Source: Mustelus asterias
Lineage: Eukaryota
Assembly: GCF_964213995.1 (NCBI RefSeq)
Contig: NC_135814.1
Span: 14,942,001-15,006,000 of the forward strand
Direction: 5' to 3'
Length of the DNA: 64,000 nucleotides
The translations under genes were made by a program, and so were the position numbers. Shown here piece by piece: positions 12,366-22,760 of this stretch; position 1 is the first letter of the stretch, and every line of letters starts with the position of its first letter. The notes beneath the pieces are model-generated. The model was given only the letters and a program-made list of their open reading frames with translations, was not told the origin of the DNA and ran no database searches.

Positions 12366-12512
12366 TCCCCACACAACCCCATCACATTGCGCACACATAC
12401 ATGCACACACACAAACACGCAAACACCCCCACACTCCCCCACACACATACACACACACACACACTCAAACACAAACACACATACACACACACACAGATAA
12501 ATAAGCACACAT
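12366..12512. repeat. Imperfect (CA)n microsatellite
   Basis: Direct inspection. Confidence 0.85.
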
Positions 12513-12795
12513 ATTTATGTTGAATTAAGCTATAAGTATTGCTCTCCCTATAACGTTGCATATTCAAGACTCAATTTAACTGTCTCCTACCTGTTGTTCC
12601 ACAGACTTTAAAATCTTCTTTGTCTTTATTTTTGTTGTATATTAAATGCCATTAATAAAAAAATGCTAAAAATTAATGCATACATGAAATATGACCTTGG
12701 ATGAATTGATGAAAGTGTAGTTTGATGATAGCATGTTATTTAAATGACTGGGCTTTTTTTGGAATCTCTTCAGACTTCAGAAACAGTACCAGAAT

Positions 12796-13112
12796 GCAAG
12801 GTGGCACAGTGGTTAGCACTGCTGCCTCACAGCGCCAGGGACCCAGGTTCAATTCTGGCCTCAGGTCACTGTCTGTGTGGAGTTTGCACATTCTCCCCGT
12901 GTCTGTGTGGGTTTCCTCCAGATGCTCCAGTTTCCCCCCCACAATCCAAAGATGTGTGGGTTAGGTTGATTGGCCATGCTAAATTGACCCTAGTGTCAGA
13001 GGGATTAGCAAGGTAAATATGTGGGTTATGAGAGTAGGGCCTGGGTTGGATTGTGGTCGGTGCAGACTTGATGGGCTGAATGGTCTCCTTCTGCACTGTA
13101 GGGATTCAATGA
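12796..13112 (+). mobile_element. Full-length HE1-type V-SINE
   Basis: Same architecture as 12021-12363. Confidence 0.92.
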
Positions 13113-14118
13113 AACATGCTTTTGTGGCACTTCCACCCATTAAATTTGAATGCAATTGAAATAGGTAGGAATAAAATACCGCCACAAAGCTGATAAAATT
13201 GGAGTTTTGCCCAGAATAAAGATTGCCAACTGGAGGAGGTCTCACATTGTCTGGCTTTAGTAGATTCAGGGGTCTTTAATCAGAATCTGACTCTCAAGTT
13301 TGAGTCACGCATTTCCATCAATGTGCACCCAAAAGGGATTTACACAGAAGCAAGCGTGACAGTATAACTACAGTCTATAAGTAACCAACTAACTATTGTA
13401 ATAAATTAAAAAGGAAAGATCCTTCAATCAAGACAATGGAGCAACCCCATAGCTAATTAGATACAGTAGCCTGCAGTTAGTGTTCGTTTTTGTCACATCT
13501 ACTGGATAAAAACATTCAGGAATTTTGATGTGCAACATTTTCCTCGGTGTACCTTCAGCAGATGGTTTGAAAAAACAGGACAATTTAAGTTACGGTGTCA
13601 ATTGATAATTTAGCTTTATGTATCTCTCCTTCCTCTCTCACCCACTTCCCCCACCCCGGCCCCCACCCCCTTACGCGCCTCCACACCGCCAGCCCCCATC
13701 CCCACCCCCGAGCCTTCTCTCCACCTCGCACAGACACAGCACAGACAGAGGTAGAATGTATTTGCTACACCTCAACGCATACACACTTAAGTCTGTCTGT
13801 ATTTAGGGTACCCTTAATCCTAGTGGTTTCACAAGTGAAACCTGAAAATAGGGCTCTCTCACTGACCCACTTTATTGAATGCGGATATCTGAAGATTGGA
13901 CAAGTCGAGTTGAAAAAAAATAATTTCAGTATAGGCCATTGTGAAGTATGAAAACGTTAACTCTTCGCAACGACGTTTGCTTAATACAACGGCATGTGGA
14001 GAGGTGGCCGGTACATCATTGCCTGGCATCTGACTCGGAGCTCACAACACGGCAATGCTTTGCTAAGTAGCTTCCGGGTCCCTGCAGCAACTCCTCGCCA
14101 AAGCATCAACTCTGAGAA

Positions 14119-14135
14119 GGAGCTGTCCGGTGCTG
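14119..14135 (-). promoter_or_regulatory. Non-canonical RE1 (both half-sites, zero spacer)
   Basis: Minus strand CAGCACC-GGACAGCTCC: left and right RE1 half-sites without the 2-nt spacer, 20 bp from the canonical site. Confidence 0.55.
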
Positions 14136-14155
14136 TTCCCGGAGCCTGAACTGCT

Positions 14156-14176
14156 TTCAGCACCACGGACAGAGTC
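14156..14176 (+). promoter_or_regulatory. RE1/NRSE (REST binding site) in intron 1
   Basis: TTCAGCACCACGGACAGAGTC matches the canonical RE1 TTCAGCACCACGGACAGCGCC at 19/21 positions. Confidence 0.9.
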
Positions 14177-14571
14177 ATATTGCACAACGCACAGACAGAA
14201 CAGCGCAAACGGCAGTTCAAGTAGATGGCGGGATTCACCCAATATAAAAACTTAGGCACTCTGGACTTTGTACATGTGGCATCATGGTATAAACATGAGA
14301 ACAAACTCGATCATAAAGTATTTTGCACATACGTCGAATACCGCGGGTGCATTAACACGAACACTACACCAGCGCGAATCTTTAATTGGCATTATTATAC
14401 ACAATATCATCACCACTCTGCAGTACGGTTGATATATTTCCAGGGACGTTACCTCAACATGTCCTTTCTGACATTTGGCTTCATATTGGCTGCGTAACCT
14501 CCACCGATTTGTCTGCAATTCCCTTCTCTCAGCCTCCTTTCCCCAGTAATAAACCGAGAGGGTGTACTTAC

Positions 14572-14662
14572 GGGAATGTGCAGTTGTCAGGAAGATCCAT
14601 AGGCTGATAATGGAGAGGGAAAAGGCGAAGAGGAAGCGTTCTCTGCTAGTGTGTGGGTCCAT
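14572..14662 (-). CDS. First coding exon (signal peptide) of an unidentified, probably neuronal, secreted or type-I membrane protein gene; remaining exons not found in the window
   Basis: Minus strand reads aaaacATGG (strong Kozak), then 30 codons MDPHTSRERFLFAFSLSIISLWIFLTTAHS plus 1 nt, then a GTAAGT donor at 14571-14566. Charged N-region, hydrophobic core and small-residue end (T-A-H-S) fit a signal peptide, and the phase-1 intron is typical of signal-peptide exons. It lies in repeat-free CpG-enriched DNA with an RE1 site downstream. Confidence 0.75.
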
Positions 14663-14950
14663 GTTTTGAAGCAATTGAATCTGGAGACTGGGCGAGCTCA
14701 GTGATCTCTTCCTCCACTCCTGACCATGTCAGCGCACATTCCGCTTTGCCTGGCTCTCTCTCTCTCTCTCTTCCTCTTTAAAAGCAGCTGTTCATTCCAC
14801 TGTCCTGCCACACAACACGTTTCCCTGCGCCAGCTATTTGGTCCCGGGGAATCCGTACGTAAGTGCGGAGGAGCCACGCGGTTCAATATCACTTACAGGA
14901 AATGCCAGAGAGACACCGCAACTCAGCGTCGAAGAGCTGCAGCATAAACT
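14663..14950 (-). promoter_or_regulatory. Putative 5' UTR and core promoter of the minus-strand gene
   Basis: CpG-enriched unique DNA upstream of the ATG. TATA-like TTTTAAA at 14783-14777, a (GA)n tract at about 14770-14754 and an E-box CAGCTG at 14785-14790. The TSS is inferred, not observed. Confidence 0.5.
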
Positions 14951-14954
14951 ATTC

Positions 14955-15333
14955 TCCAGCACTGAGCAACACTCCAGTACTGAACTACATTCAATCCAGT
15001 ACTGAGCTACACTCACTCCAGTACTGAGCTACACACATTCCAGTACTGAGCTACACACATTCCAGGAAAGAGCTACACACACTCCAGTACTGAGCTACAC
15101 ACGTTCCAGTACTGAGCTACACACACTCCAGTTCTGAGATACACACACTCCAGGACTGACCTCCACACACTCCAGTACTGACCTCCACACACTCCAGTGC
15201 TCAGCTACACTCATTCCAGTACTGATCTACACTCACTCCAACACTGGGCTACACTCACTCCAGTGCTGAGCTACACTCACTCCAGTACAGAGTTACACAC
15301 ACTCCAGTATTGACCGACACACACTCCAGTACT
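14955..15333. repeat. 22-bp minisatellite, promoter-proximal block (about 17 units)
   Basis: Tandem CTCCAGTACTGAGCTACACACA units and variants. Confidence 0.95.
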
Positions 15334-16742
15334 AGAACATAGAACATAGAACCATACAGCACAGAACAGGCCCTTCGGCCCACGATGTTGTGCCGAGCTT
15401 TATCTGAAACTAAGATCAAGCTATCCCACTCCCTATCATCCTGGTGTGCTCCATGTGCCTATCCAATAACCGCTTAAATGTTCCTAAAGTGTCTGACTCC
15501 ACTATCACTGCAGGCAGTCCATTCCACACCCCAACCACTCTCTGAGTAAAGAATCTACCTCGGACATCCTTCCTGTATCTCCCACCATGAACCCTATAGT
15601 TATGCCCCCTTGTAATAGCTCCATCCACCCGAGGAAATAGTCTTTGAACGTTCACTCTATCTATCCCCTTCATCATTTTATAAACCTCTATTAAGTCTCC
15701 CCTCAATCTCCTCCGTTCCAGAGAGAACAGCCCTAGCTCCCTCAACCTTTCCTCATAAGACCTACCCTCCAAACCAGGCAGCATCCTGATAAATCTCCTT
15801 TGCACTCTTTCTAGTGCTTCCACATCCTTCTTATAGTGAGGTGACCAGAACTGCACACAATATTCCAAATGTGGTCTCACCAAGGTCCTGTAGAGTTGCA
15901 GCATAACCCCACGGCTCTTAAACTCCAACCCCCTGTTAATAAAAGCTAACACACTATAGGCCTTCTTCACAGCTCTATCCACTTGAGTGGCAACCTTCAG
16001 AGATCTGTGGATATGGACCCCAAGATCTCTGTTCTTCCACAGTCTTCATAACCCTACCTTTGACCCTGTAATCCACATTTAAATTAGTCCTACCAAAATG
16101 AATCACCTCACATTTATCAGGGTTAAACTCCATCTGCCATTTTTCAGGCCAGCTTTGCATCCTATCTATGTCTCTTTGCAGTCTACAACAGCCCTCCACC
16201 TCATCCACTACTCCACCAATCTTGGTGTCATCAGCAAATTTACTGATCCACCCTTCAGCCCCCTCCTCTAAGTCATTAATAAAAATCACAAATAGCAGAG
16301 GACCAAGCACTGATTCCTGTGGCACTCCACTAGCAATCTGCCTCCAGTCCAAAAATTTTCCATCCACCACCACCCTCTGTCTTCGATCAGATAGCCAGTT
16401 ACCTATCCAATCGGCCAACTTTCCCTCTATCCCACACCTCCTTACTTTCATCATTAGCCAACCATGGGGGACCTTATCAAACGCCTTACTAAAATCCATG
16501 TATATGACATCAACTGCCCTACCTTCATCAACACACTCAGTTACCTCCACAAAATATTCTATCAATTTTGTGAGGCACGACTTGCCCTTCACGAATCTGT
16601 GCTGACCATTCCGGATTAATCCGCATCTTTCTAAATGGTCGTAAATCCCATCCCTAAGGACCTTATCCATCAACTTACCAACCACCGAAGTAAGATTAAA
16701 TGGCCTATAATTACCAGGGTCATTTCTATTCCCTTTCTTAAA
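15334..16742 (-). mobile_element. 5'-truncated CR1 (HER1-like) LINE inserted in the minisatellite
   Basis: RT motifs (NYRP, DFSKAFDKV, GVPQESVLGP, FADD) in ORFs 15975-16784 and 15416-15982 with one frameshift. (TTCTATG)n tail at 15334-15352. CAGTACT flanks both ends. Confidence 0.95.
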
Positions 16743-18995
16743 CAGTACTGACCTACAAACACTCCAGTGCATACCTACACTCACTCCAGTACTGAGCTAT
16801 ATTCACGCCAGGACTGAGCTACACACACTCCAGGACTGAGCTACACACACTCCAGGACTGAGCTACACACACTCCAGGACTGAGCGACACACACTCCAGG
16901 ACTGAGCTACACACACTCCAGGACTGAGCAACACACACTCCAGGACTGAGCGACACACACTCCAGGACTGAGCAACACACACTCCAGGACTGAGCAACAC
17001 ACACTCCAGGACTGAGCAACACACACTCCAGGACTGAGCGACACACACTCCAGGACTGAGCAACACACACTCCAGGACTGAGCTACACACGCTCCAGGAC
17101 TGAGCTACACACGCTCCAGGACTGAGCTACACACACTCCAGTACAAAGCTATACAGACTAAGATTACTGAGCTACACCCACTCCAGTACTGAGCTACACA
17201 CACACTCCAGTAATGAGCTACAGTCACTCCAGTACTGAGCTACACGCACTCCAGTACTGAGCTACAGTCACTCCAGTACTGAGCTACACACACTCCAGTA
17301 CTGAGCTACAGTCACTCCAGTACTGAGCTACACACACTCCAGTACTGAGCTACACTCACTCCAGTACTGAGCTACAGTCACTCCAGTACTGAGCTACACA
17401 CACTCCAGTACTGAGCTACACTCACTCCAGTACTGAGCTACAGTCACTCCAGTACTGAGCTACACACACTCCAGTACTGAGCTACACACACTCCAGTACT
17501 GAGCTACAGTCACTCCAGTACTGAGCTACACACACTCCAGTACTGAGCTACAGTCACTCCAGTACTGAGCCACACACACTCCAGTACTGAGCTACACTCA
17601 CTGCAGTACTGAGCTACACTCACTCCAGTACTGAGCTACACACACTCCAGGACTGAGCTACACACACTCCAGGACTGAGCGACACACACTCCAGGACTGA
17701 GCTACACATGCTCCAGGACTGAGCTACACACGCTCCAGGACTGAGCTACACACTCCAGTACTGAGCTACACACACTCCAGTACTGAGCTACAGTCACTCC
17801 AGTACTGAGTTACACACACTCCAGGACTGAGCCACACACACTCCAGTACTGAGCTACAGTCACTGCAGTACTGAGCTACAGTCACTCCAGTACTGAGCCA
17901 CACACACTCCAGTACTGAGCTACACTCACTCCAGTACTGAGCTACACACACTCCAGGACTGAGCCACACACACTCCAGTACTGAGCTACAGTCACTGCAG
18001 TACTGAGCTACAGTCACTGCAGTACTGAGCTACACACACTCCAGTACTGAGCTACAGTCACTCCAGTACTGAGCCACACACACTCCAGTACTGAGCTACA
18101 CTCACTCCAGTACTGAGCTACACTCACTCCAGTACTGAGCTACACACACTCCAGGACTGAGCTACACGCACTCCAGGACTGAGCTACACACACTCCAGGA
18201 CTGAGCGACACACACTCCAGGACTGAGCTACACACGCTCCAGGACTGAGCTACACACGCTCCAGGACTGAGCTACACTCACTCCAGGACTGAGCTACACA
18301 CACTCCAGGACTGAGCTACACATGCTCCAGGACTGAGCTACGCACACTCCAGGACTGAGCTACACACACTCCAGGACTGAGCTACACACACTCCAGGACT
18401 GAGCTACACACACTCCAGGACTGAGCTACGCACACTCCAGGACTGAGCTACACACGCTCCAGGACTGAGCTACACACTCCAGTACAAAGCTATACAGACT
18501 AAGATTACTGAGCTACACTCACTCCAGTACTGAGCTACACACACACTCCAGTACTGAGCTACAGTCACTCCAGTACTGAGCTACACACACTCCAGTACTG
18601 AGCCACACACACTCCAGGACTGAGCTACACACACTCCAGGACTGAGCTACACACACTCCAGTACTGAGCTATAGTCACTCCAATACTGAGCCACACACAC
18701 TCCAGTACTGAGCTATACTCACTCCAGTACTGAGCTACACTCACTCCAGTACTGAGCTACACACACTCCAGGACTGAGCTACACACACTCCAGTACTGAG
18801 CTATACTCACTCCAGTACTGAGCCACACACACTCCAGTACTGAGCTACACTCACTCCAATACTGAGCCACACACACTCCAGTACTGAGCTATACTCACTC
18901 CAGTACTGAGCTACGCACACTCCAGTACTGAGCTACACTCACTCCAGTAATGAGCTACAGTCACTCCAGTACTGAGCTACATAAACTCCAGTATC
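16743..18995. repeat. 22-bp minisatellite, main block (about 100 units)
   Basis: Tandem CTCCAG(T/G)ACTGAGC(T/C/G/A)ACA(CA/GT/CT)CA units. No unique spacers, so not CRISPR-like. Confidence 0.97.
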
Positions 18996-19019
18996 AGGCG
19001 TAGTAGTCCATAAATGAGG

Positions 19020-19570
19020 CAATGACCCACCCTGGTCTATTGTCTGGATAAGTGTGGTTATATTTGGGGGTAAAAACAAAATATCCACATTTGGAAATCT
19101 CTCTGCGAGAGAGTGTGCCAATGTCCAGCTGCATTATCGAGGATTAGTCAGACCTTGAAAGACAGCTTCTTTTCCCTCAGATAAGTCCAGATCCCTGACA
19201 GAAAGCAATTGGCAAACCAGTCTTCAAATACTCCTTCTGTAACCCAGGAATTTCTGTTAGCCTGAGAAAAGTCTGGCAGCTGAGGTTTACTTTTCCTGTT
19301 ATAAACTGGAGGGTTTTCTGACCTAGAAACCAGCATTGGTTTACATTTAAAACCAGCCACATTGGCACACAGTCGAAATATCAATCTGTCCTTTGCTGCT
19401 TTACAACCAAGAGCTGTCTTTTCTTCTTTCGAAACGTGGTTCCTATTTGGCATTTTCTTCCGGAACAGGCCTGTTTCATCTGTGTTGATGACCTGCTCTG
19501 CCTAATAGCCTCTCTCCTCAATGTATTCATACAGTGCCTTGGGGAAACTCTCCTGCAGCTACATGGTCAG
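19020..19570 (-). mobile_element. Tigger/pogo (Tc1-mariner superfamily) transposase fossil
   Basis: Broken frames give DETGLF..MPNR, KAAKDRL..CAN, KPMLV..SENP, ILDNAAGH and FLPPNITTLIQTIDQG, the DDD catalytic motifs of Tigger/TIGD transposases. Confidence 0.88.
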
Positions 19571-19837
19571 CCTTGTTTATTTATTTATTAGTGTCACAAG
19601 TAGGCTTACACTAACACTGCAATGAAGTTACTGTGAAAGTTGTCCAGCAACTTCACATTATTGCAGCCCGAAGCAGCGTTTGAATCATCCTCTGCTGGCA
19701 GAGAATGCTTTGGAGAATACTTTGAAAGTAGAGGCACCTTCTGTACTTCCTTCAACATCACCAGTGACACCAGCAACATGCCTTTGAGTACTTTTTATGT
19801 GTTGATACAATTACTCAAGTGTTTTATTTCAAATGAT

Positions 19838-20005
19838 ACATAGAAACATAGAAAATAGAAACAGGAATAGGCCATTCGGCCTGCTCCACCATCCATTTTG
19901 ATCATGGCTGACCATCAAATTCAATATCCTAATCCTGCCTTCCCCCCATATCCCTTGATCCCTTTAGCCCCAAGAGTTATATCTCATATCTTCTTGAAAT
20001 CACTC
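19838..20005 (-). mobile_element. CR1 LINE 3' UTR fragment
   Basis: catagaaacatagaaaatagaaacaggaataggccattcggcc tail. Confidence 0.75.
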
Positions 20006-20097
20006 AATGATTGGATTCATTAACTGGGATCCTTTATTTTCTCTGTGTGGATCTCTCCTAGATACAAAAGTTAACCTGATGGTACGACTACCAGAAC

Positions 20098-20470
20098 CAT
20101 AAAATCCCTACAGTGCAGAAAGAGACCACCTGGCTCATCAAGTCTGCACTGGCTCTCCAAAAGAGCATCCCACCTAACCGCACCCCCACCCTCCCCCTCC
20201 CCCTCCCCCTCCCCCAACCTTTCCCCATAACCCCATGCATTTACCATGACAAATCCACCTAACCTACAGATCTTTGGACACTAAGGGGTAATTTAGCCTA
20301 GCCAATCCATTTTCTGTGGACCTTGGGAGGAAACTGGAGCACCTGGAGGATGCCCACGCCGACACGGGGAGAACGTGCAAACTCTCCACAGATAGTCACC
20401 TAAGGCCGGAATTGAATGTGGGTCCCTGGCACTGTGAGGCAGCAATGCTAACCATTGTGCCAATATGCCA
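20098..20470 (-). mobile_element. HE1-type V-SINE with internal (CTCCCC)n expansion
   Basis: Head at about 20400-20470, tail at about 20100. Confidence 0.85.
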
Positions 20471-21220
20471 CTCTGACACTAACATAGGCCCTTACTTTCT
20501 CTTCATACTACCTATTCTAGCAGATTGTGAATTAATTGACAGAATATTCCTTTGGCCAACATGGTAGCACTTGCACCGTTTTTCAGTCTATCCACGATTG
20601 TGATGTGTTGTTCAAGCATTATCACTTTCCTTGGGCATTTTTAGTCAAGTGGTGGACTGTACCTGCACTGCAAAATACTGGTTGGAATTTACTGTATTCT
20701 GTAAATCACAGCAAATCACGTGCAATTCGAGACGGCACATGCACATTGCATACTTTCAATGTGGAAAAGACAACATGGAAGCTTTTTGCTATGTTTAGGT
20801 GGGATGTTTCAATTGTTAAATCATGATTGGGTGCAGAAATACTTTTGTGAGGGTAAACAAATTCGCGATGGAGGAGATCATGAATGATGGGAGTTGACTG
20901 TATTTTTAGCTTTAATTGTGGTTAACCTGGTTATGAATTATGTCAAATTTTGCATGGGGTGTAATTTTACAGTGGTCAAATTTTAAATGGAGTGATTGAA
21001 GTGCAGTTGTTCAGAGTACAATTTAAAATTTTTTGGATAAAGCTTGGAATCATTGTGTACTGTGAGAAGAATAATATAGAACTTCAAAAGGACACAGGCA
21101 AGATAAGTAATGGCTGGTGAAATTTAAGATGTGGAGATGCCAGCGTTGGACTGGGGTGAACACAGTAATAAGTCTCACAACACCAGGTTAAAGTCCAACA
21201 GGTTTATTTGGTAGCAAATA

Positions 21221-21257
21221 CCATAAGCTTTCGGAGCACTGCTCCTTCGTCAGATGG
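21221..21257 (-). ncRNA. Minimal type I hammerhead ribozyme (Penelope pLTR)
   Basis: CCAT-CTGACGA-A-GGAGC AGT GCTCC-GAAA-GC-TT-ATGG: intact core, 5-bp stem II, palindromic stem III (AGCT) and 4-bp stem I. Confidence 0.8.
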
Positions 21258-22668
21258 AGTGGAAATCTGCTCTCAAACAGTGCAAACAGACAAAATCAAC
21301 TTGCAGAGTACTGATTAGAATGCGAATCCAACAACCAGCCAGGTCTTAAATGTACAGACAATGTGGGTGGAGGGAACATTAAACACAGGTTAAAGAGATG
21401 TGTATTGTCTCCAGACAGAACAGCTAGTGAAATTCTGCAAGTCCAGGAGGCAAGCTGTGGGGGTTACTGATAATGTGACACAAATCCAACATCCCGGTTT
21501 AGGCCGTCCTCATGTGTGCAGAACTTGGCTATCAGTTTCTGCTCAGCGACTCTGCGCTGTCGTGTGTCGTGAAGGCCGCCTTGGAGAACGCTTACCTGAA
21601 GATCCAAGGCTGAATGCCCGTGACTGCTGAAGTGCTCCCCCACAGGAAGAGAACAATCTTGCCTGGTGATTGTCGAGCGGTGTTCATTCATCCGTTGTCG
21701 TAGCGTCTGCCTGGTTTCCCCAATGTACCATGCCTCGGGACATCCTTTCCTGCAGCGTATCAGGTAGACAATGTTGGCCGAGTTGCAAGAGTAGGTACCG
21801 TGTACCTGGTAGATGGTGTTCTCACGTGAGATGATGGCATCCGTGTCGATGATCCGGCACGTCTTGCAGAGGTTGCTGTGGCAGAGTTGTGTGGTGTCGT
21901 GGTCACCTCAGCACCTCACTGTACCGCAAGCCCACGGATAACCTCATGATGCTCCACTTCTCCAGCTTCCACCCTAAACACGTTAAAGAAGCCATCCCCT
22001 ACGGACAAGCCCTCCGAATACACAGGATCTGCTCGGATGAGGAGGATCGCAACAGACACCCCCAGACGCTGAAAGATGCCCTCATAAGAACAGGATATGG
22101 CGCTCGACTCATCGATCAACAGTTCCAACGCACCACAGCGAAAAACCGCACCGACCTCCTCATAAGACAAACACAGGACACGGTGGACAGAGTACCCTTC
22201 GTCGTCCAGTACTTCCCCGGAGCGGAGAAGCTACGGCATCTCCTCCGGAGCCTTCAACATGTCATTGATGAAGACGAACATCTCGCCAAGGCCATCCCCA
22301 CACCCCCACTTCTTGCCTTCAAACAACCACGCAACCTCAAACAGACCATTGTCCGCAGCAAACTACCCAGCCTTCAGGAGAACAGTGACCACGACACCAC
22401 ACAACCCTGCCACAGCAACCTCTGCAAGACGTGCCGGATCATCGACACGGATGCCATCATCTCACGTGAGAACACCATCTACCAGGTACACGGTACCTAC
22501 TCTTGCAACTCGGCCAACATTGTCTACCTGATATGCTGCAGGAAAGGATGTCCCTCCACCCACATTGTCTGTACATTTAAGACCTGGCTGGTTGTAGGAT
22601 TCGCATTCTAATCAGTATTCTGCAACTTGATTTTGTCTGTTTGCACTGTTTGAGAGCAGATTTCCACT

Positions 22669-22705
22669 CCATCTGACGAAGGAGCAGTGCTCCGAAAGCT
22701 TATGG
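22669..22705 (+). ncRNA. Minimal type I hammerhead ribozyme (Penelope pLTR)
   Basis: Identical motif on the plus strand. Confidence 0.8.
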
Positions 22706-22760
22706 TATTTGCTACCAAATAAACCTGTTGGACTTTAACCTGGTGTTGTGAGACTTCTTA

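Larger units (their letters stand above)
21128..22760 (-). mobile_element. Penelope-like element with inverted pseudo-LTR arrangement
   Basis: Minus arm 21128-21906 encodes the GIY-YIG end (VYLIRC...WYIGET...HEDGLNRD). Plus arm 21903-22760 encodes the RT C-terminus (TSLYRKPTD...IPYGQALRIHRICS). A 14-bp direct repeat CTGGTGAAATTTAA flanks it at 21114-21127 and 22761-22774. Confidence 0.93.

Noticed and set aside
13981-14571. ORF 13981-14304 and the extension of ORF 14282-14674 beyond the donor
   Set aside because: Sequence past the GTAAGT donor is best read as intron, and the translations resemble no protein family I recognise.
14572-14662. Assigning a gene symbol (e.g. CNTNAP family)
   Set aside because: Signal peptides are poorly conserved and no mature-protein exon is visible, so the resemblance is not sufficient.
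14955-18995. CRISPR-like array or repetitive protein (ORFs 16819-17090, 17766-18017)
   Set aside because: Units are contiguous with no unique spacers, the context is eukaryotic, and the ORFs arise only where variants remove the recurring TAG stop.
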